Assembly: GCA_038087875.1 (NCBI GenBank)
Contig: JAXLNO010003741.1
Coordinates: 310,001 to 373,950, forward strand
Length of the DNA stretch: 63,950 nt
Reading direction: 5' to 3'
Origin: Malacoraja senta
Taxonomy: Eukaryota
Under the pieces are notes generated by a model. The model did no database searches. It saw only the letters and a list, made by a program, of their open reading frames with translations, and was not told the DNA's origin. The stretch's first letter is position 1, and every line of letters begins with the position of its first letter. Below, piece after piece: positions 38,215-51,275 of the stretch. A program made the position numbers and the translations under genes.

Positions 38215-41194
38215 CTGATAGTCCCAGTGTCGGCGATAGCGCAGTTCGGATGTTCATTAATACTCCCACCAACTCTCCAGTGGGGACCCGAGAATAACGG
38301 AACCCTAATATTAGTCACACTCTCTTGAACCAACACGTTACTTTCCGCACAGTGAAGTAATTTCACCTACTTCCTCAGTGGAGGAAGTTTGACGTAAAAA
38401 ATGAAAGAGGCTGCGAGCTCATTGATCTCTCAAGGGTTTAGCATCTTGAGGACAATGATCATAATTCAATACCTTCTAGATATATTATACGCTTTGTCAA
38501 AAAAAAGGAAGCGTATAAAAAGTTAGGAAACTGATATCAGCTGAATATAGAGGAAGCGATAAAGAAACGGAAAGAAACAATTGGGGGCGCTAAAAGAGGC
38601 CATGGAAGGTTCTTGTCAACTGGGAGTGAGGAAAAGCCCAAGGATTTTATGCATATATCATAAGCAAGAGGCGGAACTATTAATTGCTAATTGGAATAGC
38701 TAAACAGTGCTTACGGGAATTTTTAACGGCGATTATCAAGGCACGCTTTGATTTACACAGACCTGGGTGGACAGGTGGGAATGGAAAAGAAAAACAGTAG
38801 GTGTGAGATACCTGAAATGGGAGCATTCATTGTTAATACTATAGGATTGTAGGCTTTTCTCTTTACTATTTCTCACTGGAGCTTTTCTGTGTACAAGCGC
38901 TGATGTAAATGCTGTGTATTTCCATTCGCTTTATATTTGCATCTGGTAAATTCAGACCCGTGAGTTCAGCCGCAGCCTGTGAGGCGGGGGCACGATATTG
39001 TACTGAGTAGGTGAGCACCAGGCACCAATTCGGGCCCAGCGTTGAGGTAGTTGGCTCTGAAGGCTCGAAGCGAGCAATAAAGTGGACAGAGCGGTACGCA
39101 GTCTAGGTAAGGCCAAATGTAAACGCAAAGAACTGCAGATGCGGGAAATTTGAGCTAAACGACAAATGTTTCATTAAAACAGCGGGTAAGAAAGAATCTG
39201 CGAAGGATGTGGGTAGGCGAAGTTTCTGGTCTCTTTCCTGTCAGGTTCAGCACATAATCTGCCAATCCACCCAGTTCCTAATGATGAATAACCTCGTTGG
39301 TCGGTAAAGTGAAATATTTTGTGGAACCTCTTCTCTCCGATCCATATGCCTTAAACTTGAATAATCCGCGGATATGAACACCAAAACCGCCCTTAATGCC
39401 CACGTCGCTACATCTTGTCTCGCTTTGGGTATAGTTCTGATCTCCCAACCTACCGATTGGGATGCCAGCAATTTGTTAAATATTCACTTTCTCTGCAGAT
39501 ATAACATTGCAATATTGTAACACTGCATCCTTGCAGCCTGATTGTCCTTCCCTTTGCACTACCTGTTATATTTGTGTATAGTTTGATTGCTCTCATGAAT
39601 GGCAAGACTTAACGGCATCGCCCGCGAACGAAGTATCTGGTGACAATAATAAACCAACGCCGATACCAATCTCTCTGCCAGGATTGTGTGCTGTACTGAA
39701 ACATAACTATTGTTGGGGAGCAGTCTCTGCATTGAAAGTCAATGTGCGTACAATAGGGAAGCTAGTCAAAAGTGTTCCCTCTGAGTGGAAGTGTCAAAGA
39801 CTAGAGGATATCGCTTCAATATGTGCGAGTGGCAAATGGAGGCGTGCGGGACCAGTTACACATCGCATGTTAAGTCGCTGGGACGCTGTTAAAAGTGCTG
39901 ATAGAACCTACGATAATGGCATTTAAAATGCTTCTGGATAAGCACAAGTATATGTAGGTAATGGAGTAGAATGGATTGTTGGTAGACAAAAGTAATTAGT
40001 TTATCTTGCCATAGTTGACACAGATACTTTGGTCCGAAAACCAAGTTACTGTGGCATACGTTCTATGTTTAGCAGTTTTAAAAGGACTGAAACCGAACGC
40101 CTAACAGTTCTTCTGATTTGCAGTTCATTTTCAATTGCCCACCCGCTGGTCGTACAACCAATAGGCGTAGAAGTTGTCCACTCGGCCGTTCAAACCAATC
40201 CTGTCATTGAATTTGCTCATTCCTGATCTAGTCTGGCCATGTGTCCTATTATGTGCCAGTTCCCAATTGCACTCAATACCTCGATCTTTACCTAGCTTCA
40301 CCTTAAATACCACTGACGGGCGATTCCCCCTCTTCCCGCACCTGTAACTGAACAGGATAAACGGAGCACCGAGGATATCCCGTTTAACAAAGGCAGACGC
40401 GAGTATGGTGACCAGAGTGGAGGAAATGGTTAATTACTTCTTTCAGCGTAGGGGGGTGGAGTCTCGAGTGGATCGATGTGGGTGATAGGTAGACGACCCA
40501 ATTTGTCTGTTTGTGTGTGTGTGGGGGGGGGGGGGGCGTTATTAGACTATTAACGATGGATTGTAGATCCCATGGTTACCTTCCGGACGGGCTGCCTAAT
40601 TACCTAGTTATTCATTCTGATCCGTAAAATGCGATCACCTGCTGAATATTAACCGATATTTATCGTGTTTTATATCCTTTTCCGATTTCCCAACAAACTT
40701 GTGCCTTTTCAGGTCAATGTATTGCTGTTTGTAAGAAATAGGCATCGGCACAAAATAAAAAATCTAAGGAAAAAATCTAACTACGTTATTTGCAACGAGG
40801 TTACAGCTTGAACTGTGCGGTGAGATGAAAGAGCGACATGGAATTATTCAGTAACGCCAACGACAGGCCTGCATGATCCGCAGCGCCATGTTCAATGTTG
40901 CACACCTATTGTAGAACAAGAAAACGACGTGAGTGAAGAACTGTGATGCGCCTCAATTCCACTTCCGCAGATTTTAAAAAAAAGATAGAGTAGGGATGAT
41001 ATTTAGGATTCACAAGTGTTAATATTCGTAACATTAAACGCGTCTGTCGCCCTGTGAATGAGTGACTCCCGGCTCAGGAAAATACTATGAAATTGCATCT
41101 TGGGTCAACTGACTGGTCGGTAATACCAGTGGCCGGCCTTCTGTACGATTTTGCATTGAGTATTCCCACACCAAGAAGTGGGAAATGGCTTCAT

Positions 41195-41290
41195 TTGTCT
41201 GGAAATGTTTGTTAAAGGGTCCGTGACTAATGTAATTGCCCCGTCACTCCCAGGAGCCACTGGAGGATTAGCGCGGGTATGAATGAGGAG
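41195..41290 (+). promoter_or_regulatory. Conserved GPCR proximal promoter block (copy D)
   Basis: TGTTTGTTAAAG..GTGACTAATGTAATTG..TCCCAGGAGCCACTGGAG..GGTATGAATGAG. Confidence 0.55.
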
Positions 41291-41353
41291 AGGAGCCGCG
41301 CTCTTTGATCCACTGTGTCTCCGGTTTGCTGCCGACACTGCTACTCTTCTAGA

Positions 41354-41423
41354 ATGCGGCGGGCTCCGATTCTGTACGTGAAGGAGATCGTCTATCCGGT
41401 TATGGCGGCGTTTGGAATCCCTG
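41354..41423 (+). CDS. GPCR copy D exon 1 (MRRAPILYVKEIVYPVMAAFGIP)
   Basis: AGAATG start, 70 nt, CCT G|GTAAG donor. Confidence 0.88.
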
Positions 41424-41699
41424 GTAAGATCAATCATTTTTGGTTTAGGTTTATTATCTTCACGTGTGCCGACGTAAAGCGAAGGGCTATATTTTGCATG
41501 CTATCCAATCTGATCACAGAAAATTTACATAAATACAATCAAGTCAAACGCGTACAATCGGTAGCGAAATTAGATTTGAGGAGGTAAGGCGAATTTTATC
41601 TGACAATCGTAGAAACCTTCTCAGGGAACTGCACAATCGGACGCCATGTCCCATGTCGTTAGATGTGTAGCAAGGAACTGCAGATGCTAATTTCGACCG

Positions 41700-41905
41700 A
41701 ATATATTCACAAAATGCTGGAGTAACACGGCGGGACAGGTAGCATCTCTGGAGAGAAGGAAATGTGTGGCGTTTCGGGTCGAGACCTTCAGATTCTGAAG
41801 CATCTTCTGAAGAAGGGTCTCGACTCGAATCGTCACCCATTCCTTCTCTCCAGAGATGCTGCCTGTCCCGCTGAGTTACTCCAGCATTTTGTGTCTATCT
41901 TCAGT
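41700..41905. repeat. Inverted pair of Penelope-type terminal sequences (~90-bp arm hairpin); duplicated at 58095-58295
   Basis: CACAAAATGCTGGAGTAAC...TTCAGA is followed by its reverse complement CTGAAGAAGGGTCTCGAC...GTTACTCCAGCATTTTGTG. Confidence 0.8.
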
Positions 41906-43170
41906 GCGTACATATGAGTGAGATTAGATTTAAGTCTCCTCAGGCGTAAGAACTATTTCGTTCACAAGTTGGCAGACAGACCACGCAGAGCATGAAGAAG
42001 TAAACTGAAGAAAGAAAAGTCAATTCAAAACCCTGATTTCCATTTGGAGCTTGCGCGGGAGTTAATAACACAACGAAATGATAATTTAATCGGCGAGAAG
42101 CAGACGACTGAAGATAGCGGCAAGATATATATTTGTAATGCTCGAAAAAAACTAACTGGTCACGCATCATCAGTGTGCAATGGAACAACATCGTTGTTTT
42201 AGTTCAGAGGCCATGTTAATACAGCAAAAGACTCGCGTTATCGGTAGGTTAACGGGTCATTGTAAATTGTGCTTAGTACATTGGCCAGTGGCATCGTCTG
42301 GGACGGTAGAACAAAGAGGTTGGAGACAATGTGAAGTGATCATGTGGAGGGATTGGTGTTGGATGTTTGACTGGGAGTTTGAGGGTCGACGAGGAAGGGC
42401 TATAACGTGCGGTATGTCTCTATTTTAATGATGAATTTCTCACTGTGCAGCCCATTCGCTATATTATTTCCTTCATGGATCAGTCATGGTGTTATTGAAA
42501 CCATCCCGTGAATATTTCGGTCTAATTCACAAATATGTCCTCTAGTTTCGAGAGCCCAGAACATAGAATAGTACAGCACAAGCACATGCCCTTCAGCCCA
42601 GAATGTGCGTCAAACATAATGCCAAGACCATGTCTTATCTACGTGCATATAACCAATATACCACCATACCCAGCATATCCATATGCTTATCCTTTTACAT
42701 TCCACTACCGTATATGTGGCATTCACGATCCACGCAGTGATTTAGTTCAACTTTGACCCTTACCACATTGAAACTGGCCCTTCAACCCACCAGTTCATGC
42801 AAACCTGTTCGCGCTACTTTAATATAATCCTACTTTGACATCCCCTCCCTACACGTTGGAGACGATTTTCATGGAGACCAATTAACCAACAAATGTTCAC
42901 GTTTTTGAGAAGTGGGTGGATATCTGAGCGTCAGCAGGAAACCCATGTGTCACAGGGAGTACGTGCAAACTCCACTTAGCGAGCCCCCGAGACCAGGATC
43001 GATTCCTGTCGCTGGTGCTGTGAGGCAGCGGGTCCACCAGTTGCGCCACTAAGCTGGTCCCTCCAATGAGGTCTAATCGCAGCCTTTGTCGTCTCTATTT
43101 AGTATAATAGAGACGACAATAGAGTCGGGCAACTACCTGGTCATTATGCTCTTAATTCTGTCTTCTGCAG

Positions 43171-44072
43171 CCAACGTGCTGACGGCTTCGATATTGTACC
43201 GGGGACAGTGCGGACTCTCCAGAGGAATCACACGTTACATGGTGGCGATGGCAATGTCCGACCTGCTCGTCATCTTCTTTCAAGTATTGCTCCAAGGAAT
43301 CTACGTTTACTACACCCCTGACTCCTACCTGAGCCACACCACGGTGTGCCCTTCGTACGTATACCTACGCATCCTCACGCTGGACTATTCAGTCTGGTTA
43401 ACCTTGTCCTTCACCTTTGACCGTTTCGTCAGCATTTGCTGCCCGAAGCTGAGACTCACGTATTGCACGGATAAGGCCGCCGCCGTTGTCATTGTGTTCT
43501 TGATGCCATTGAGTTGTTTAAAGTACATCCCATTCTACTTCATGTACGAGCCACGATTCAACGTGGACAGTGTGAACTGGGGGTGCCAGCCCAAACCCGC
43601 CTACTTCACTTCCATCTGGTGGGTGGCTTTTTCTTGGATGTGTAACATCTCTCTCTATTTACTCCCTTTCGTCTTAACGCTGCTTCTGAACGGGCTGACG
43701 GTCAGGAACATCATAGCGGCCAGCAGGGTCCGCCGGCGCTTGAAAGGACCGGAAGGCAAAGACGCCGAGGTGGAGAATCGGCGCAAATCCATCGTCTTAC
43801 TCTTCACCGTATCCGGCACCACCATATTACTGTGGACGACTGGAGGGGTGACTTTTATCTGTACACGAATTACAATTAATTTTGTCGGCTCTGATCTCAC
43901 AAGTCCCTCGAACATTGCAAATGAGGCGGGGGTCTTGCTCATTCGGCTCAGCTCCTGCGCCAACACCTGTATCTACGCAATGACGCAAAGCAGGTTCAGG
44001 CAGGAGTTGAAGAATGGGATTAAAAGTTTCATTCGTTTTTTTATTAAACCCACGAAATGGTCGCGGCAGTGA
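43171..44072 (+). CDS. GPR139/GPR142-like GPCR copy D exon 2 (spliced 323 aa)
   Basis: TCTGTCTTCTGCAG|CC AAC GTG acceptor. Intact 7TM frame with DRF, WGC and SCANTCIY. Confidence 0.9.
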
Positions 44073-46364
44073 GCCGAATGCTGGAGTTGGAATACAACGC
44101 AGCTGTTCTCTCTATTCCCATCAGTAAAACACACCGCCCCATGCCCCCACTTGCGGTTAGAGCGGACTCGTTGAACGGGAGACCATAGTTTTTACCCCGG
44201 TGAATGTTAGAACCCGACTCTATCTACATCTATCGTCTATCGTCTGTCTATTTCCCTCCAGAGATGCTGCCTGGCCCAACTGAGTCTACCCACCACTTTG
44301 TATTTTGCTCAGGATTTCAACATTTATACACTCTTCAATCCCCTCTATCGTTTGCTACCTTATTTCTATCAAGTTCGGCTTATTCTCTACGATCCACCCA
44401 GCACCAATTAAAGAGTAACGTCGCGGTCGGGAAAGATAAATATTTCGTGGCCCTTCTTCCCCTCGACCTACTTGTCCTAAATTTCAAGCATCCGTGGACA
44501 GGAACACCAAAGCCCCTCTCAGTGTCCACCATTTGTCCACTACATCTTGCATCGCTGTTGACGTAGTCTTGATCTCCCAACCTACCTGTTGCGGTGTTTA
44601 TGCTTTCTGAAATCTTCACTGTCTCTGCAACTGTAATATTGTAACAATTTAACTGTACATTCTGCGCTCTGGTTTCTTTCTCTAGTCACCACCTGCTGTA
44701 TTTGTGTAAGGTTTTATTGTAGAAATGAATGGTAAGACCTGGCAGGATAGCACGCAAACAAAGTATCCCGTTACAATAATGAACCAATAACAATGTCTGG
44801 GCTCTCACGTTGCGCTGCACTGGAAACAAAACCATTGGCATCGAGCACTCTCTGCATTCAAAGTCAATGCACGTTACAATAGGATAGACAGTCAGAACAA
44901 TTCCTCCATGGTGGAAATGTCAAAGAGTATATGGCATAACGTCAAGCTGTGAAAGACAAGGTTGAATTGGGATGCGTGGGGCCTGTTAAACAGTGTGCGG
45001 TGTGTCCCTTCGTGCGAAGTGCGGTGGATTCAACTAAGATAGTGGTATTTAAAAGGCTTCTGGATAAGCACGTGGATATGCAAGGAATATTGATCCATAT
45101 GAATGAGATTAGTTTCCCTTGACATCATGTTCGGCACAAATACTGTGGGCCGCGTGGCATGTTCCTGTGTCATACTTCTCTGCGTTCCATGTTACTAGTT
45201 TAAAAACACTGATTCCGATACCACAACATCGATGTGGGAATTGCCGTTATTTTCAATTGTTTTCTCAATATGACCATCGAGAAGCAGGAGTGGGCCTCTC
45301 CACCACTCACGGCTATCCTGCCATTGAAGTTGATTATGGCTGATCTACACTGGGCTCATCTACTCTTCCGTGCCTGTTCACCATTTCCCCGAATTCCTCG
45401 CTCTTTACCCAGCTTCACATTAAATACCTCTTAGGATCTAACCAATCGCAACTTCTTGGCCTGTGTTGTGGTTATTTCTGAAATGCGCGGTGAAAAAAAT
45501 CAGCCCCTCGGATGTACTGTAGTTGTTCAACCTCCAGAATCCGGAAGTGGAGCTCCTCCCGCCGAGGACTCTTCCTGCACCGGCCAGGTCGGAGAGAGCA
45601 GCAACTAGGGAAATGCAGACGCGGGAACCTTGAGGATAATATAAACTGCTGGAGAAACTTAACGGGTCAGGCAGCATTTGTGGAGGATATCGCCAGGTGA
45701 CGTTTCGCGTAGTGACCCTTCTTCGTAATGTATTTCATGGATCAGCGGATGAGCTCTGCCCCATCGTTAGTACGCCAACTCGATTAACACGAAGAATGTG
45801 AAAATAAATCAAAATTATATTTATTTTACCAAATACTTTCCCTTCCTTTGTCTTGGTGCTTAAAGGCATACACATGGTTAGTTGAAAGGTACATCGCATG
45901 ATGTGAGAGTCTTTTAGATAGATCCGAACATATGTAGGAAATGAAGCAATATGTCCTAGAGATGTAGTCCGAGGAGATTGGTTTAACTTGGCATTATGTT
46001 CATCAAGGTCGGTCGATGGCTTGTTCTGTTCTCTTGTATGTTCTATTTCGAAATATATAATTTATTAGATGGGTACATCTGGAGCACGGTTTCTTTTTTT
46101 CTGACCAAACCTCTGCAGCGAGAATGTGATTGTACAGGAGAGGTGCAGAGGGGGGGGGGGGGGCTCCCAGTATATGGAACTGCAGAGTATGGAACTGCAG
46201 ATGCTGGAATCCTGATCAAAACAGAAACTGCAACTGGGGACCATTTAATGTTTCCGCCGTTTCTCTACATTCAGTTCCTAGAATTATAAAAAACGATTTG
46301 AACAAACCATTACGATATCGCCATTCCTACTCCGTGGATATAGATTTGACAAAGACTGGATTAT

Positions 46365-47090
46365 AGTTGAGTTGAGGTGAGTTGAGCTTAGTTTATTGTC
46401 ATGTTTACCGAGGTACTAAGAAACATTTTGTTGCGTGGTAACCAGTCAGCGGAAGAACAATGCATGATTACTATCTAGCCATTCACAGTGTACAGTTACA
46501 TGATAAAGGGAATACCATGAAGACCATTTAGTGGAAGATAAAGCCAGTAAAGTCCGATCAATGATAGCCCGAGGGGCTACAATGAGAAAGATAGTAGTTC
46601 AGGGCCGCACTCTAGTTGTGGCGGGATGCTTTGGTTGCCTGAAAACAGCTGGGAAGAAACTGGCCCTGAATCTGGAGGTGTGGATTTTCCTACTTCTTTA
46701 CCTTTTGCCCGATGGGATAGAAGAGAAGAGGGAGTAGCAAGGGTGCGACTAGTTCTTGATTAAGCTGGTGGCGTTGCCGAGGCAACACGGGATATAAATT
46801 GAGCCAATGGAAGTGAGGTTAGTGTTTGTGATGGTCTGGGTTGCGTCCACAATTCTCTGCAATTTCTTGCGGTCTTGGACGGAGCTGTTCCTAAACCATG
46901 CTGTGATGCATCGGGATAAAATGCTGCCTATGGCGCATCTGCAGAAGTGGCTGAGAGTTGTTGGGGACAGCCTTCCGAGGAAGTAGAGGCCTTGTTGTGC
47001 CTTAGTGGTCATTGCTTCAATAAGGGTGGTCCAGAAAGAAGTTGCATGTGATACTTCTGGGAATTTGCAGCTTTTAACCATTTCTACTTC
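46365..47090 (-). mobile_element. Rex1/Babar-like LINE 3' fragment
   Basis: ORF 46749-47081 has KAQQGLYFL, SILSRCITAWF and DRKKLQRIV. (AACTC)n tail near 46365-46390. Confidence 0.75.
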
Positions 47091-47274
47091 GGATAATTTT
47101 TATTTCGGATTTCACCGTGTCAAATACCTAAACATCCACCAGGTCCGTTGCCCTGTGATTGAAGCGATTCCCGCCACAGGAGAAGTTCGTCACACTGAAT
47201 TTTGGATACAGAAATGTAGCAGAAATGAGCCCGCTGCCTCCTCCACTCTTTGCACTGATTTGCTTCCCCCATGA

Positions 47275-47400
47275 AGTCGTTGAAATTAATTCATCTGTGT
47301 GGAAAAAAAGAGCCTGTTTGTTAAAGAGCCTGTCACTAATGTCATTGCCCCACCATGGCTCGGTCCCACCGGAGGATTTCAGCGAGTATTAATGAGGATC
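47275..47400 (+). promoter_or_regulatory. Conserved GPCR proximal promoter block (copy E)
   Basis: TGTTTGTTAAAG..GTCACTAATG..CCCACCGGAG..GAGTATTAATGAG. Confidence 0.55.
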
Positions 47401-47457
47401 GGATCCGCTCTCCTTGCTCCATTGTGTCACCCGAAAGTGCTGCTGAAATCTTCTAGA

Positions 47458-47527
47458 ATGGAGCGGGCTCCGATTCTGTACATGAAGGAGATCGCCTATC
47501 CGATTCTGGTGGCGTTTGGAATTCCTG
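47458..47527 (+). CDS. GPCR copy E exon 1 (MERAPILYMKEIAYPILVAFGIP)
   Basis: AGAATG start, 70 nt, CCT G|GTAAAT donor. Confidence 0.88.
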
Positions 47528-49099
47528 GTAAATCCTTTCACATTATTTAACGTGTTGAAGATTTGCCTCAATATTACCGTATGTTTTGTGTTCTGCTATT
47601 TTTGTAACCTATGTTCCCGCTTGGGTTCAGCAGTCTCGCTGCTGCTCATGTAATGTGTCCGTTCTTCTTTCCTTTCCCTGTCTTATAGTAACCTATGCTG
47701 TTCTAGGGTACGTTTATAAGTGATCATCCTGTTTCTCTTAATCTCACTCTCTCCCTGGTCAAAATGTCCTCGTCCGTATCCCGCGTGTTAGTCGTCTTTC
47801 GGCAAAGAAACCTTGGTTTCAGTTGTATGAAGGATCTGCAGATGCTGGTTTAAACCGAAGATGGACAAAGTGGAGTCACTCAGCGGGACAGGCAGAATCT
47901 CTGGAGAGAAGGAGTGAGTTACGTTTCGGGTCGAGACCCTTCTTCAGACTAATGCGTTTAAGCTGCTGGCTATGGAGCTCAGCGGCTCTGGGGAACGGAC
48001 TGAATCTCGGTGGCCGTGCGTGATCCGATTTATCCGTGCCCAACATTACCCTGTAGACAGACACGACAAACTGGAGTAACTCAGCTGGTCAGGTAGCATG
48101 TCCGGATAAAAGTAATTGGTGACGTTTCGTGTCGAGACCCTTCTTCGGACTGAGAGTCGGAGTAGAAATATGCGAAGGCACATAGAACAAATTAATTAAA
48201 GGTTTGCAGAAAGACAGATCAAAGCCAGCAACGATGATCTAGGCAAGTTGGAACGCATAATGGTTCATCGTTGGCTGTGGGGAAGGTAATAACGTGTATT
48301 GCAAACAGTAAAACTCAACAGAACGACATTGTGCTATGAATATGAAGTCCCCTTACTCCTGATACCTGGAGATATTTGGTAACAAACACAGGTGGCGCCT
48401 CCACGTCCCACGCACGAATTATCAATGGCAGCTCCCGCGCTGCTAGACCGGATGTTGTAACTACTGAACTCCAGATGGCATGACTCTTTAAACCACCGCC
48501 GCGCAGAACGGCTTAAAGGCATCGAAGACAGATGTCAAAGTGACCATAATTTAAAGAAAACACCGAACACAGAACATAGAAAACAGAAAACAGAACAGTA
48601 CAGGACAGGAAAGGGACCATGGCCCTATAATATCCGTGTCCCAAAATCAACATAATCTCCTGCACCCACTGCATCTCCGTCCATTCCTTGCATATCCAGG
48701 CCCCTTCGAACCCACTACATCTCTGTGTAAAATGTTGCACAGAGTGCGGCACGGTATAAAGGAGATATACGGGATCGTTTTTTTACATGGAGCGTGCTAC
48801 CGTGAGCGGTGTTGGAGTCAGATATGATAGTGGCATTTAAGAGGCTCTTGGAGAGACACGTTGATATTCAGGGAGTAAAATGTTATGGCGCGCGTGCAGG
48901 CAAAGGACATTAGTATAACTTGGCATGATATTCGATGTGGATATTTAGGGTGGAATGGCCTGTTCCTGTTCTCTACTGTTCTGTGTTGTCATTTGTAAAG
49001 TATTCGCTCCAATGAGGCCGTCGCTCTGAACGCAGCCTCTTCTCTCACACTTGGCTGCTGATTAACTGGTTATTTTGCTGCACATTGTTCTTTCTCCAG

Positions 49100-50001
49100 C
49101 TAACGTGATGACAGCTGCGATCCTGTGCCGGGGAAAGTGCGGTCTCACCAGAGGAATCACCCGCTACATGGTGGCGAGGGCAATGGCCGATCTGCTTGTG
49201 ATGATCTTACACGTGTTGCTCAAAGAAGTCTACATTCCCTACACCTATAATTCATTCCTCTCCCGCAGCACGACGTGCCCTTCATATGTTTACCTGCGCA
49301 TCTTCGCCCTGGACTGTTCCGTCTGGTTAACCGTGTCTTTCACCTTTGACCGTTTTGTCAGCATTTGCTGCCCGAAGCTGAGACTCGTCTATTGCACGGA
49401 TAGGACGGCCACCGTGGTCATTGTGTCTTTGTGCGCGCTGAGCAGCTTAAAGTACATCCCCTTTCACTTCATGTATGAGCCATACTTCACCATGGAGAGT
49501 GTGAATTGGGGGTGCCGGCCCAAAGCCGCCTATTTCACCTCCATCTGGTGGATGTTGTTTTCTTGGATGTGTAACATGTCATTATCCTTCCTCTCTATCA
49601 TTCTAATCCTGCTTCTGAATGGGCTGACAGCCATGAGTATCGTAGCAGCGAGCAGGATCCGCCGGCGACTGGAATCACTGGATGGTAAGGACTCTGAGGC
49701 GGAGAATCGACGCAATGCAACCGTGTTGCTCTTCACCGTGTCCGGCACCTACATATTACTCTGGACGACAGGGGCAGTGACTTTCATATTTACGCGAATT
49801 ACAATCAATTTTGTGGGCTCTGATCTCACAAGCCCCTCGACCATCGCAAATGAGATGGGAATCTTACTCATTCGTCTCAGTTGTTGCTCCAACACCTGTA
49901 TTTACGCAATGACCCAAAGCAAGTTCAGAGAGGAGGTGAAGAACGGGATTAAGATTCTAACTCGATTCATCGTTAAACCTGTGCAACTGGCGAGGCAGTG
50001 A
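49100..50001 (+). CDS. GPR139/GPR142-like GPCR copy E exon 2 (spliced 323 aa)
   Basis: TTGTTCTTTCTCCAG|CT AAC GTG acceptor. Intact 7TM frame with DRF, WGC and CCSNTCIY. TM2 has M>R (MVARAMADLL). Confidence 0.88.
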
Positions 50002-50580
50002 GCCTAGATTTGCAATTCGATTATCTGCTCGTTCTATGTATTTCCATAATCAAATCACTCCGTTCTGTGGAAGGGTCCCAACCCGAAACCTCGCCTGACT
50101 ATTCCCTCCACATATGCTGCCTGACCCATTGAGTTCCTCTTGCAATTTGTGGGTTTGATCAAGATTCCAGTATGTGAAGTTCCTTGTATTTACTTTCTTT
50201 CACCACGCTTTCGGCCGGAACGATCTCATTCAATACTAGTCATCATAGTTTTTAGCCCGGAATATCTCTTAGCGTGTTCAATCTGCCCCCACCCGTCGCT
50301 ATTTACCGTCGCTCCATTATACTTCATTATTTCAATGTGTGCAGTTGTGGTCTGCAGTTGGCAGGGCGTGTCCACTTATCCAAACCTTCAATGATCCATG
50401 GACATGAACACAAAACCCTTTACATTACCCATCATTTTTTTCGTAGCAACTTGCCGCTCTGGGGTTGTAGTCCCGATCAACCAACCTACCTATTGCGGTC
50501 CTTGCACTTCTTTTAACCTGCACTTTCTCTGTTGCTGTAATGTTGTGACCATGTAACGTTTTATTCAGCACACTGGTCAT

Positions 50581-50805
50581 GTATCTCTGCCTCAGAGGGC
50601 GGTGGAGGCAGGTTCTCTGGATGCTTTCAAGAGAGAGCTAGATAGGGCTCTTAAAAACAGCGGGGCCAGGGGATATGGGGAGAAGGCAGGAACGGGGTAC
50701 TAATTGGGGATGATCAGCCATGATCACATTGAATGGCGGCGCTGGCTCGAAGGGCCAAATGGCCTACTCCTGCACCTGTTGTCTATTGTCTATTGTCTAT
50801 TGTAT
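50581..50805 (+). mobile_element. CR1 3' terminal fragment
   Basis: GGCTCGAAGGGCCAAATGGCCTACTCCTGCACCT plus a (TCTATTG)n tail. Confidence 0.75.
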
Positions 50806-51275
50806 CCATTGTACTACATGTTGTGTTTGATGATGTTTGATTTTACTTGTGAAAGGTACGTCGTGACTGGATGCCACGCAAATACAATATCTTGTGACGA
50901 TAATAAACTAATACCAATTACAATTTCCAGGCTCGGACTGTGCTGCACTGAACCGTAACCACCGGCATCGAGAAATATTGTAATTAAACTAAATGAACGC
51001 TACAATAAAGTAGATGGAGGTACAGACTGTTAGGAAATTGGGAAGGCCAAGTGGCTGAAGTGCTTGCCGATGAACGTTTTAGGACCAGTGACCACTGTTC
51101 TATTAGCTTTAAAATTTTTATGAATAAAGACAGGCCGGTTCCGCGTTAAAGTTATGAATTCGGGCAAATTCAACTATGATTATAAGAGACAGAAACTCGC
51201 TCGTTTATTGGAATATGTTGTTTGCAGACGCAGAGACGCCCGAAACATATGATGCTTTTAAAAATGTGAAGACGT

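Noticed and set aside
43086-43170. ORF-track N-terminal extensions of GPCR ORFs (also 49075-49099, 59735-59819, 28268-28440)
   Set aside because: They begin at non-ATG codons and run through polypyrimidine/AG acceptors, so they are intronic. The real N-terminus comes from the 70-nt exon 1.
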